Source: Octopus sinensis (Eukaryota). From it: a stretch of 64,000 nucleotides of DNA. Both the position numbers and the translations under genes were made by a program. Below the pieces are notes generated by a model, which was not told where the DNA came from, did no database searches, and worked only from the letters and a program-made list of their open reading frames with translations. Location of the stretch: NCBI RefSeq assembly GCF_006345805.1, contig NC_043001.1:115444001-115508000 (forward strand), read 5' to 3'. Below are positions 37,643-50,520 of this stretch, one piece after another (within the stretch, counting starts at the first letter, position 1; each line of letters starts with the position of its first letter).

Positions 37643-37842
37643 CTATGTTTTTAGAAGTTAATACAACTGAACTGAAAATTGATGATGAATCTATTGACGC
37701 TGTAAAACAAGGCTACCTGATGCTTTACGAATGCTTCAAAAATTGCGACCCAGAAACACGGACACACGCAACATTAAGTGCAGCTCTTGAAGAAGCTGAA
37801 TGTTTCGCTGCGATGGAATGTCTGTCATTAGACGCAAAGTGA
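37643..37842 (+). CDS. Terminal exon: rest of the death-domain-like fold and stop codon
   Basis: TTTTGCAG acceptor, phase 1; AMFLEVNTTELKIDDESIDAVKQGYLMLYECFKNCDPETRTHATLSAALEEAECFAAMECLSLDAK*. Confidence 0.85.
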
Positions 37843-38084
37843 ATTTCTGTGTAACTGTTGTTGTTTAGCCTCAGATTAACCTTGACCAAACAGAGATTTA
37901 TGATCAAACGCATTCCAGCCAGGACCATCATGCCTATTTCCAAAGAGAACACACAACCACATTGTCCAATATGGCCTTCTGTATAGTGGTATCGTGTGAA
38001 TTTAGCTACTAATTCTAGCAGGTATATCAACCACATAGTGATCCCTTCACTGGTTTGGCTCCTTTGTTAAAAATTCACATTTAA

Positions 38085-38090
38085 AATAAA
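38085..38090 (+). terminator. Candidate polyadenylation signal
   Basis: AATAAA 243 bp after the stop codon. Confidence 0.4.
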
Positions 38091-38299
38091 GACAAACTTT
38101 GAAATGTTCATTTATAGTTGTTGCTGTTGTTTTATACCTAATCCCCTGTCTAAACAACCCCATTGTTATATAGACAGCTTTAATATCTTCTGCTATATTG
38201 ATAGTTATCTACCTTCATTTTTAGCTGAGAGTAGAATGCCTGGTATATATATATATATTGATGTCTTTTCCCTTTATATATCTTATAGAGATAGTATTT

Positions 38300-40800
38300 G
38301 AAAAGCAGGAATCCCCGGAATCCCTGGGTGCATAGAACACGCATTTTCCATCTGGGAAGCCATCACCTGTGCAAAACAAATGAAGAAAAACCTGTATATT
38401 GTTTGGCTAGATCTTGCCAATGCTTATGGATCTGTTCTGCACGCAATAATAAAAACAGCGATGGACTTCTTTTGGATTCCTAAAGATGTTCAACGAATGC
38501 TCATGTCGTACTACGACAACCTGAGGATGAGATTTACAGCAGGAAAGTTCACAACGGAGTGGCAACGGCTTGAAATAGGTATTGCAGCCGGATGCACGAT
38601 ATCAGTCATCTTATTCGTGCTAGTCATGGAAATGCTACTCAGATCTACAAACTGTGAAAAGGTGTTACTAAGACACCATTAAGGGCTTTTATGGACGATG
38701 TAACTATATTATCGGAAAGTAGAGAAGCAGCGGAGGGAACGTTAGAGCGGTTGGACGAACTGATAGGATGGGCATGGATGAAATTCAAAGCCAAAAAATC
38801 TCGAAGCGTGGCTTTCGTGAAAGGAAGGCAAGAAGTGAAATTTAGGATAGGAGGTGAAGACATACCAACGGTTAAAGAACAACCAGTAAAGAGTCTTGGC
38901 AGATGGTATAGAGATTTACTAAATGATAAGAAGCAAGGAAAAGAAACGCACGAGTTAGTAGAAGAAGGATTAAAGGCAATTGACAAAACAACGCTGCCGG
39001 GAAAATTCAAATGTTGGATACTGCAATTTTGACTGTACCAAGAATAATGTGGCCATTGCAAATGTACGAAATAGCCTCAAGTAGAGTAGAAAGGATGGAA
39101 CAAAGATGCAGTGTATTTATCAGAAAATGGCTTGTTCTGCCGAAACCACTGAATACAACTGCACTATATGGAAAACCCGTGCTGCAACTACCAATAAAAT
39201 CATTCGCCGAAGAATATAAGGCAGGAAAGGCAAGAACACTAATGATGCTAAGGTATTCAAAAGATCAGAGCATCCGGGAAAACCCTTCAAAGGTACGAAG
39301 AGGGAGGAAATGGAAGGCGGAAGAGGCAGTAAACAGGGCGATCGGAAAACTAAGGCACGCAGATATAGTCAGAGCGACGCAAGAAGCTAGAACCGGCCTA
39401 GAGTCGCAAAATTTCAGGCCATTTTGCAAGAGCAGTGTAAAAGAGATGAAAGAGGCAGTGGTATACGAAGTGAGAAGAAAGGAGGAAGAAGAAAGGCAAA
39501 ATGTACATTTGGTGCAATGCAGTCAACAGGGACAGTGCCTGAGATGGGAGGAATATGTGATCAGCCGCAGAATATTATGGAAGGAACTTTGGGCTTGGGA
39601 ACAAGCAAAAACATCCTTCCTGATCAAGTCTACCTTCGATGTTCTACCCTCACCAGCGAACTTAGTCCGGTGGAACATAAAAACAACCGATGAGTGTAGA
39701 TGCGGAGAGAAAGCGACGGTTAGACATGTTCTGTCAAGTTGCAGACTAGCACTTGAAAGATATACATGGCGGCATAATTAAGTCCTCGGCGTCATAAGCG
39801 CAGCACTCAAGGAGAAGATCGAGAGGTACAATAGGGGAGAATACCCAAAAGTAGAAAAGCGCAGGAAAGTATACTTCCACAAGGTGGGAAAAGGTTATAA
39901 AACCAGGCCTACAAGTAAAGTATACGAGATAGACGAAAGATGGGAGGTGGCCACGGACTTGGAAAGACAAGTAGTATTTCCACTAATAAAAACAACAAAA
40001 AGACCGGATTTAGTTCTTTGGAACAGAGACCGGAGAATGGGAATTTTACCTTGGGAAGAGAACATAGGCAATGCAGAGAAACGAAAGGAGAAGAGGTATG
40101 AAAAGCTAATCGAAGAATGCAGAGAACAGGGATGGAATGTCGAATATTATCACCTGGCAGTGGGGGCTAGAGGCTTCATTGAAAAGAAAATGACAACGCT
40201 TTTCAAAAGAAGATTTGTTTTTTCTAGCCCCGAGCTGCGTAAACTAATAAGGAGAGTACAGGAGGCTGTCGAAAAAGCTAGCTTCTATATATGGCTGAAG
40301 CGGGAAGACCGAAAATGGCTTGAAAGTCATAAACATGCCGGCGTGAAATAACATCATTAGGTGAGACAAGCTGACTGACAGGTGACGGTCGTTTAGAAAG
40401 AGCGCGGGCTAAAACTACGCGGCTTCACTAGTCAGTTAAAGTGAGACAGTGTCAGGTGACAACTTGCTGGAACTGCCCGCTGGAACCTGCCGGCAGGTAT
40501 TTAGAGCGTAAAATTTGACAAGTCAGTCAGTCACTGGGTGACGCTCACTGACGATACATCGAAGAGGCCAGGGAACAGAAGAAAGAAGACATGCACCCAA
40601 CACCAGAACTGAAGACACCTCCGAAACGGGGGCCCCGCCACGTCAAAACGGTAGAGGAGTAGGAGCCGAAACTGGACGTGGTACCTCCTGATGATGTCTT
40701 GAGCTAACTGGATCCTATAAAGGAGCTGTTGTGGTAGCAGACCACGAAGCACGGTTGTGATTCATATCCCTTAGTAGGTTGAATCCAAAAGCCCTAACTT
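38300..40800 (+). mobile_element. 5'-truncated HERO-like RLE LINE (RT, zinc knuckle, RLE endonuclease, 3' UTR); frameshifted
   Basis: GIPGIPGCIEH, WLDLANAYGS, GCTISVILF, MDD, CRCG...HVLSSC, RPDLVLW...PWEE, AVGARGF; ORF ends at 40351. The 3' boundary is approximate. Confidence 0.85.
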
Positions 40801-40811
40801 ACTTTGTGCAT

Positions 40812-41505
40812 ATATATGTCACAAAGTGAGTGATCTTGGTATAGTTGGAAAATTAGGAGAATGGCTTCATGGCTTTCTGAAGGATAGAAGTCAGGTGGTA
40901 GTTGCCAATGTGGCCACCTCCAATGACATGCAAATAGTGAGTGGTATTCCGCAAAACAATGTTTTAGGACCAATGCTGTTCATAATGGCCCTCTCAGACA
41001 TGCCCTCAGCCACGCAGACAGCCACGATCACAAGTTTTGCAGATGATACAAAAGTTTCACAGGCAATACAGAACCCTGAAGACGCTATGAACCTGCAATT
41101 TGAGCTGGATGAAATATCCAAGTGGGCCGAAAAGAATAGCATGCAGTTCATAGCTGAAAAGTTTCAATTTTGTGCTATCAGTATGCAAAACTAAATGCAG
41201 CACCCAATACATACACTGGACCTGGAGGGATTGCAATCCCAGAGGCACAATCAGTGCGAGACCTGGCCATTTACATGAGTAATGATCCAACCTTTCATGT
41301 GCATGTTGCTAAATTGGCAATGAAATGTAGGCAGCTGACCGGATGGATTCTTAGAAATTTTAGAATAAGAGACCAGGAAACCATGATGGTCCTCTAGAGG
41401 ACACTTGTCCTAAACCACATTGACTATTGCTCTCAGCTATGGTCACCAACCAGTGCCAAATTAATCGCAGAACTTGAGGCAATCCAACGAAGCTACACGA
41501 AGCTA
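40812..41505 (+). mobile_element. CR1-type LINE RT fragment
   Basis: GIPQNNVLGPMLF and FADDTK; paralogous to 45437-46100. Confidence 0.85.
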
Positions 41506-41964
41506 ACATCATCCTCATTGTCATCATCATCTAACATTCATGTTCCTTTCTGGCTTGGGCTGGACCGCATCCAAGGACTGCACTGCGCTCAAATGTCTGT
41601 TTTGGTCTCCTTTTTCTGGTTAGATTCCCTTCCTAACATCAACCAATTTACAACATGGGCTCGGTGCCTTTTATCATACTACCCGACTTTTGAGGCTGCC
41701 ATCTCAATCTTCTTCAACCCCCTCCCCTTCCGATTATACGGGCTTCAAACAGGATATCCACATGCTAGAAAGAGCAGCCAAATCACATCCAAACTGTATT
41801 TTGGCTCATATGTACAGACTCTGAACCGAATGCCTATGGATTATTCCAACACAAATGTGACTCTCGATTTTGCTTCCGTTTAACTTAAAGAAAGTATGGT
41901 TTTTTAAATAAAATTTTTGATATATAGTGTACTTGCTGATAATATTGGAATTCTTTTAGAAAAA

Positions 41965-42613
41965 GTTCTAACGGGAAGGAAGAGCTATTTTTATCATACT
42001 TGTGGCTATGGCGAAAGAATGTATCTGGTGGACGCGTCTGAAAGGATTAGAGACAAACACTTTCCTCTCTGGTCAATCTCTCATCAACTTCTTCAAGTAC
42101 CACTTAAAAAGGAAAGTGAGAGTAGAGAGGCAAGTTTTGTCTAGTGAATGTTTTAAAAAAAGATGGGTGAATGTAGCAAGGATGGCACGTATGAATGACG
42201 AAGCCACCTTGACTATGATTCTATGAACCATAAAAATTAATACAGAGAGTTGCTTATTTGCAAAAAAAAATAAAAGAAAGAAATATAACATGTGACTTCA
42301 TTGACCGAGGTTACCGTGGTCTTTTCTGTAGGCTTTTCTTTCCACGGGTAAACCTCACCTGTCCTCCCCTTTACACTTCATATTGACATTTCTGTGATTA
42401 CGATCCCTATTGATCAACTTTTTTTCCTCTCCCCTTTCCTTTTTTTCCCCCTCTCCCCCCTTTTTTTAAAAAATCCTCCCCTTTTTTGTCCTCTTTCTTT
42501 CCTTTTACGATCCCTTTTGATCGAAAACCAACCCCCTTTTTTACCCCCAAAAGAAAACTCTACCTTGTAATTTGTTCTGTCTGTGTGCAGCCCTTTGTGG
42601 CTAATAAAGAAAC

Positions 42614-42614
<1 letters not shown>
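41965..42614 (+). mobile_element. Tx1 3' fragment followed by (TATC)n (42615-42873)
   Basis: Near-identical to 13555-14190. Confidence 0.92.
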
Positions 42615-42694
<80 letters not shown>

Positions 42695-42719
42695 AACCTA
42701 CATACCTACCAATCTATCC

Positions 42720-42759
<40 letters not shown>

Positions 42760-42761
42760 GT

Positions 42762-42842
<81 letters not shown>

Positions 42843-42873
42843 AACCTACCTACCTACCTACCTACCAATCTAT

Positions 42874-44269
42874 CTACCATCACCAAACTACAACGCATTC
42901 TCTTTCGCTTCTTGTGGAAAGGATGCGTCCCGATGGTCAGGCGATCCATTTGCTGTCAACACCCGTTAAAAGGCGGGCTGGGCATGCCATGGTTGATGAT
43001 GCGCAGACACGCGCTGAGACTGCGACACCTCAGGCACTTCGTAGAAGACGGTGAACAGGTGTGGTCGCCGTTTGTGAGGCACGCTTTCCCACAGCTCGTC
43101 TCCATGACCGAACTGCAGTCGTGGATCAAAAAGAGGCCGAGGAAGGGCGAATGGCACCGCGAGTGTCGTGTTGCTTTCAAGCAACTCTGCCATCCTGGGT
43201 CGACCTTGAGTGACTTCATCACAACCAAAGCATTCTATAGGGGATTAGTGGAAGGGAGGTACGACGACGAGCTCGGGGCGAACCTGGACGTCGACGAGGA
43301 GTACCTGACCCGCCTATTCGGGACGACTTTCGGGCCAGGGCCCATGGACAACTTCCAGAGATCCCTGGCCTGGCAGTGCTACCGAGAAGCGCTACCCATT
43401 CGGGATAAGCTCTACAGACACGGCTCGAGAAACACGGGGCCGACCTGCCCGAGATGCGGTCAGAGCGACGAAACCGTGGGCTTATATCGAACAACTGCTG
43501 TCACGTGTGGGACGAGTCGGTTTATCAGCTGAGTCTATCGTCAATATTGTCATGCCCCTTTCCTTCAAACGGGAAGGATGAGCTATTTTCATCATCCTTG
43601 TGGCTATGGCGAAAGAATGTATCTGGTGGATGCGTCTGAAAGGATTGGAGACAAACACTTTCCTCTCTGGTCAATCTCTCATCAACTTCTTCAAGTACCA
43701 CTTGAAAAGGAAAGTGAGAGTAGAGAGGCAAGTTTTGTCTAGCGAATGTTTTAAAAAAAGATGGGTGAATGTAGCAAGGATGGCACGTATGAATGACGAA
43801 GCCACCTTGAGCATAATCCTATGAACCAAGAAATTGAAAACAGAGGATTACCCACTTGCAAACAAATGTGGTAACATATAACAATATTGACCAAAATTAC
43901 CGTGGTCTTTTTCGTAGGCTTTTCTTCCCACGGATAAACCTTACTTGCTTTCCCCTTTACACCATATATCATAACACTGTAATAGACGATCCCTATTGAT
44001 CGTTTTTTTTTCCTCTTCCCCTTTTTTCTTCTTTTTTCATTTCTCTTTTCTTTTGTTCCTTTTCCTTTTCTTCTTTTTTTCTTAATTTTTTATTTTTTAT
44101 GTTTTATTTTGTTCTTTTCTTCCCTTTTACGATCCCTCTTGATCGAAAACCTACGCCACCCCTTTTTTTTGTTTCTTTTGCTTTTTGTTTTTTTCATCCC
44201 CCAAAAGAAAAGCTCTACCTTGTAACTTGTCCCGTCTGTGTGCAGCCCTGTGTGGCCAATAAAGAAACT
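42874..44269 (+). mobile_element. 5'-truncated Tx1 copy between TATC repeats
   Basis: Aligns to the full copy from 12821 onward; ~40-bp deletion in the zinc finger near 43475; ends AATAAAGAAAC then TTATCTATC. Confidence 0.92.
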
Positions 44270-44279
44270 TATCTATCAA

Positions 44280-44880
44280 TCTATCGTGAATATTGTTCCA
44301 CCACCTTCCTTTAAATGGGAAGGGAAAACGGTTTTCGTTACGCTGATGGCTATGGCGAAAGAATGTGTGTGGTGGACGCGTTTGAAAGGACTGCAAACAA
44401 ACACCTTCCTCTCTGGTCAGTCTCTCGTCAACTTTTTCAAGTACCACTTGAAAAGGAGGATGAGAATAGAGAGGAAGTCTTTGTCGAACGAATGTTTTAA
44501 TAAAAAGTGGGTAAAAGTGGCAAAAATGGTCAGTATGAAAGACGACACTATTTTAAGCATAAATCTGTAACCAAAAGAGACAACGAGAAGTAAGGCGACT
44601 TACTCATGTGTTCTTTTTCGAATTGTCTGAGGTGACCTTGGTCTCTTTTGTAGGTTTTTCTTTCCAAGGCTACACCTAAACTGTGAACCTTATATATATA
44701 TATATGTATATATATTGCTTTTTTATACACCACACAACCCACAGATCTCTATTGATCAAACGTGTTTTTTTTTTGTTTTTTTTCTGTGCCCCACCCATCC
44801 CACCTCGAAAAGAAAAAATTCTACATTGTATTTCGTCCATTTTTATTCTGTGTTTAGCCCTGTGTGGCTACAATAAAAAG

Positions 44881-44881
<1 letters not shown>
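44280..44881 (+). mobile_element. More diverged Tx1 3' fragment followed by (TATC)n (44882-45325)
   Basis: MAKECVWWTRLKGLQTNTFLSGQSLVNFF; ends CAATAAAAAG then TTATCTATC. Confidence 0.9.
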
Positions 44882-44975
<94 letters not shown>

Positions 44976-45000
44976 CCTATCTATCTATCTATCTATCTAC

Positions 45001-45062
<62 letters not shown>

Positions 45063-45189
45063 GTCTATCTACCTACTTACCTACCTACCTACCTACCTAC
45101 CTCTCAATCTATCTATCTATCTATCTATATATCTATTTATCTATCAATCAACATACCTACCTACCAATCTATCTATCTATCTATCTATG

Positions 45190-45226
<37 letters not shown>

Positions 45227-45247
45227 CTCTATCTCTCTATCTATCTC

Positions 45248-45324
<77 letters not shown>

Positions 45325-45325
45325 A

Positions 45326-46413
45326 CATCTTAGAACACTATGACTGGGTGCTGAAACGACTGCTCAACCACTCAAATGTGGAAGTGATATATCTCGACTT
45401 TGCCAAGGCCTTTGATAAAGTTTTATCATGGAACGATATGTCACAAAGTGCGTGATCTTGGCATAGTTGAAAAATTGTGAGAATGGCTTCATGACTTTCT
45501 GAAGGATAGAAGTCAGGTGGTAGTAACCAATGGGTCCATATCCTATGATACGCAAATAGGGACCGGTGTTCCGCAAGGCTCTTTTTTGGGACCACTTCTG
45601 CTCATAATGGCCCTCTCAGATATGCCTTCAGCCACAGGGCGCCACGATCACAAGTTATGCAGATGATACAAAAGTTTCACAGGTAATACAGAACCCTGAA
45701 GTCGCCATTCACCTGCAATATGAGCTGGATGAAATACATAAGTGGTCCAAAAAGAATAGCATGCAGTTCAATGCTGAAAAGTTTCAAGCTTTGCGCCATC
45801 AGCATGCAAAACTAAATGCAATAACCAATACATACACTGGACCTGGAGGGATTGCAATCCCAGAGGCACAATCAGTGCGAGACCTGGGTATTTACATGAG
45901 TGAAAATGAAACCTTTCATGTGGAGGCGGCTGACCGGATGGATTCTTAGAAATTTTAGAACAAGAGACCAGGAAACCATGATGGTCCTCTAGAGGACACT
46001 TGTCCTAAGCCAATTTGACAATTGCTCTCAGCTATGGTCACCAACAAGTGTCAAATTAATCGCAGAACTTGAGGCAATCCAATGAAGCTACACAAAGAAG
46101 ATAGCCTCTAGCAGCATATAACCTATTGGGAAAGACTCAAGAGATTAAGACTCTATTCCTTAGATCGTAGGCGAGAAAGAACTGCCATAATATACATGTG
46201 GAAGATCCTGGGAGGACTTGTCCCAAACTTTGGCATCGAAAGTTACACAAACACTAGAACTGGGCGTCACTGCATAGTGTCAATGACTCCAAAATTGCTA
46301 TCAAGATGTAGAAAAATACTGCAGTAGCCTGAGCTTTAGAGATCCACAGCTCTTCAGTATCCTCCCGAAGGACCTGAGACACCTGCATGGGGTGGATGCA
46401 GGTGTCTTCAAAA

Positions 46414-46415
<2 letters not shown>
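45326..46415 (+). mobile_element. CR1-type LINE RT fragment
   Basis: [42 protein letters not shown]. Confidence 0.88.
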
Positions 46416-46451
<36 letters not shown>

Positions 46452-46482
46452 GTTATTATTGTTATCATCATCATCATCATCA

Positions 46483-46525
<43 letters not shown>
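46416..46525. repeat. Compound (ATT)n/(ATC)n microsatellite
   Basis: Directly visible; abuts the 3' end of R4 element 1. Confidence 0.95.
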
Positions 46526-46527
<2 letters not shown>

Positions 46528-49500
46528 GTTTGTCTATTGCTTTGTCTGTACAAGTTGGCCCCAAGTCTCACCCAGGGACCTCAAGAGACAACAGGTTGGA
46601 AGTTCACGTTGTTGTTATGCTTAGTGTGCCATATATTTGGGTTTTTTTTGTGTTGTACTAGTGAATGTCTAATAAATAAATTAAAAAAAGAAAAAAAGTT
46701 TGTTTTAAACCTTGGGATTACATAGAGAGTATTTTGCGTAGGATATGAGCAGTTCCCATGAGCACTATCCTTTGAATTTCTGCCATTTGGGGGTTTCCTG
46801 GTATCTGAGTTAGGTAGCAATCGGCCCCTTTCGCTATCATTCCCAGGGCACCTATGACAACAGGTATTGTTTTAGTCTTCAGATTCCACATTTTGCTGAT
46901 TTCTATTTGAAGATCTTTATATTTGCTCAGTTTTTGGTAGGTCTTGACAGATACGTTTATATCGATTGGGACAGTCATATCAATGAGGAGGCATGTTCTT
47001 TGTCTGAAGTCTTTCAATATGATGTCTGGCCTATTTGCATCTATCTTTCTGTCAGTTTGAATGGGGAAGTTCCAGAGGAGTGAAATGTGGTCATTTTCAT
47101 GCACTGGGGGTTGTTTGTGTTCCCACCAGTTTTTTTCATGGGGCAAATCCAGTTTTTTGCAAATTACCCAGTGAATATATTGTGCAGCTTTATCATGCCT
47201 GTTGAGAAACTCTGTAGGCGCTAGAAGACTGCACTTGGAGACAACATGATCAATGGTCTCATTTTGTTGTTGACATACACGACATGTTGGGCTACTGCCG
47301 TTCTTTAATACGTTGGCCTGGTAGTTTCTTGTTGGTAGGCATTGATCTTGAGCTGCTATGATAAATCCCTGTTTCAGATTTTAAGCCAGAGGCCATTAGC
47401 CATTGATGGGCCAGGTTTTGTCAACATCGGGATTATTCGCTCTCTTTGGGTATTTGCCATAGAGAGGTTTTTCTTGCCATTTATCATTCAGAATATCTAA
47501 GGCCGCAGTTTTAGTACGGGTTTTCATGCGCTTAGCTTTTTCTGTGCTTGTTTCTTGTATGTCTATCTCTAATTCCGAAATTTGTTGTATTCGGAATTGA
47601 CTTAGATATATTCCTTTGCCTGTTTTGTTACTGAGTATGATGCTTTCTTGTTTTCATATTTTGAGACAAGTTTTAACATCCAGTCCTCATAGATTTTCAG
47701 GTAGGCGTCTAGGCCAATTGTAGCAATCTTCATTGTTATTGCCAGTTGTTAAAGACCACGGCCTCCCTCTTTTCTTGGCAGATAAAGTCGTTCTGTATCT
47801 GCCTTAGGGTGGTGCATTCTATACATTGTCAACAGTTTTCGTATTTTTCTGTCGAGCTGAAATATTTCAGTAATTGACAAGTTAACGATATTGAAACTGT
47901 AAGTCACGACTGGTATGGCTAATGCATTGATCGCTTCGATCCTGTTTCTTGCATTCAGCTCTGTCTTGAGTATTGCTCTCACTCTTCGATAACATTCTCT
48001 CCTGATCCTTTCCTTCATCTCTGAATGCCTTATTCCGTTCCCTTCAATTGCCCCTACTTACTTGTAGCTCTCCGCTGGGTCTAGTTCTTTTATGACATTC
48101 TGCTGGTCAAGGTTAACGTTAGATGTTTCTGTCATTTTTCCTTTGATAAAGGTAACTTTTGCACATTTATCGAGACCGAATTGCATTCTGATGTCGTCAC
48201 TGAATTGTTTGACTATCGCTAGTAAGCCCTTGGGTTGTTGGTAATTTTTTGCAAAAAGCTTTAGATCATCCAAGTAAATGAGATGATTTATATTTTTATC
48301 AAACATTTTATATCCGTACTGCGCGTCATTGAGCAGTTTTGAGAGAGGTATTAAGGCTAAACAAAAGAGGTGTGGTGACAGTGAGTCACCCTGGAAAATG
48401 CCACATGAAATTTTTACATCACCAGCATTTAGGGATTCATTGTCACTGTTCAGAGTTAGTGTGGTTCTCCATGTTCTCATACTTACAGTCAAAACGTTTC
48501 GCAGAGTAGGTGCTATCTTATACATTTCCAGGCATTTCCTAATCCAGCAATGTGGTAGGCTATCAAAAGCCTTTTTATAGTCTATCCAGGCTATTGATAA
48601 GTTTTTGTGTCGTTTGTGACAATCTTCTAAGATCATCTTATTGATGAGTAGTTGGTCTTTACAGCCGTAGGATCCACGTTTATATCCTTTCTGTTCATTA
48701 GGGAATATGCTGCTGTCTGTTAAAAAACTATAAATATATTCCGTCAGGACAGATGTTAGCGTTTTATACATAGTTGTTAAGCAGGTTATGGGTCTATAGT
48801 TTTTTGGTTCATTTGTTTCTTCACTTTTTGGAAGCAGGAATGTTAATCCATTAACTAGCCAAGCAGGCATCCTACTAGGGTGTTGCAAAACATCATTGTA
48901 CAGTTCTGTTAGCAGTTCATGGCTCTCTGGGAAGGCATTCAGCCAGAAGTTAGGAATTTTATCCTTTCCTGGAGACTTCCATTTGCTTGACCTCCTGAGA
49001 GCAGATCTTATATCTTCTACCTTGACACCCTCCCACTTTTGCTCTTCTAAGGGGTCCAGTTCTGTCGATATTCTGTCAATCCAGGGTGTCTTTTCGTTGT
49101 GTGTGTTTTCTTCTGCCCAAATTTTATTCCAAAATCCCTGCACTTCTTCTTTTGATGGTACAGACCTTACAGTAAACGCTGTTTTCCTATCTTCCTGTAA
49201 AAATTCTTGGGGTTATTTTTGAACATGTTGTTGTCCTTGAAAAATCTAACACGTTTTTCATACCTCGCTATGCGGGCAGCTTTGGCAGATACCTTTTGTT
49301 TGATGGTTTCTATGGTGGCATCAATATCAAGTATAGTTTTCATATTGTATTTTTTCATTAATTTGGGGCTTTTTGTAGGTTTGGTAGTCTTGTGAACCTT
49401 AAGGTTTTTCAAATATTCAATGTCAGATCTAAATAGTTGAATTTGTTGTTGCAAACGCTCTTGCCAAGAAGGCTTTTTGTGGGAATGTTGCCGTTTTCTA

Positions 49501-50520
49501 ATCTTTACACCACATAGGATCGTTGAGATTTTCGCTGATGCATACAGAACGACTTTATATGTGTTTGTAAGTCCTGGTGTTTTTGATATGTATTTGGTGG
49601 TTGAAATTTGTGATATCAACCTCATTAGCTGAAATTATAACCTTAAGTGCAAGCCGGATTTTACCAATTATTTTCATGTTTTGGTTAGAGTTGCAGATTT
49701 TAGGGAGTGTATCACGTTCATCCATGCTAGTCTCTTTAATTTTCAGCCATTCAATCATGATTTGAGTTTTGTTTAGCTCATGTAGTTCTGTTGGGTCAAT
49801 ATTTGTGTGACTTTCTTTATCTATTTGATGTTCATCTGTCTTAGTGTTTATGATTGGTTCAGAGAATATTTCACTTTGCCTATCACTTATACTAACTCTT
49901 TCAATCCTTACTTCGTTTTTATCAGCCCTGGGCTGGTCTATAATTATTTCCTCTGTATTATCTTCTCTAGCTGCAGCTTCGTTCATTTTATCCGATATTG
50001 CTTGTCTAACTTGATCAATCTCTACTCCAGTCAGTATTTTGTTTAATAATGTTTCTTCTGACGTTGGCAAGTTTGTTACTGTCTATGTAGGGTCTTACTT
50101 CAGGGTGTTTCTGTCTCCAGTTTAAGTATGTTTGTACAGTGTTAGATTTATCTGTGGGGAAATATATGGCATGGTTGAAGGCCGCAAGAACTTCTTTATT
50201 ATCTTCCCTAGACCATTTTTCCTTCTTTTTCTTTTGATTATTTGGTGACGAGCATGGAAGGCCATCTGTTGGAATATTCCGGTTGTGGGGTACGTCCAGC
50301 TCCTGTGTGTTGGGAAGATTTGATCCAGTAGCTGATTTTTCAATCAGAATTTGGTTCAATTTTCGGGTACGTGGTCTTTTGCAATCCGCGCGACGACCAA
50401 TGCGGTTTGTAGTTTGTTTTGTTTACATTGAAGCATGACGAGCTTCCACTCTTACATTAGGAGATGGATCTGTCAGTTTAGGGTTCTCTACATGTAAGCA
50501 TTGCGCGTAGCGCAGCTTGT
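46526..50520 (-). mobile_element. R4/Dong-type LINE, array member 1 (fragmented ORF; 5' end approximate, possibly up to ~50760)
   Basis: KWSREDNKEV/NKLANVRR, RT (IDYKKAFD, GIFQGDSLSP, YLDDLKL), CRVC...HVVS knuckle, RPDII...IDMTVP...KYKDL RLE. Confidence 0.92.

Noticed and set aside
40590-40710. CTGAAGA/GAAA and GAAA/CTGATGA words suggesting a hammerhead
   Set aside because: No compatible stems I and II could be formed; probably HERO 3' UTR.
42486-43532. 348-aa ORF with LSIY repeats fused to RT-like sequence
   Set aside because: Chance frame through a Tx1 3' UTR, (TATC)n and the next truncated Tx1; not a gene. The same applies to ORFs at 13978-14484 and 44683-45343.
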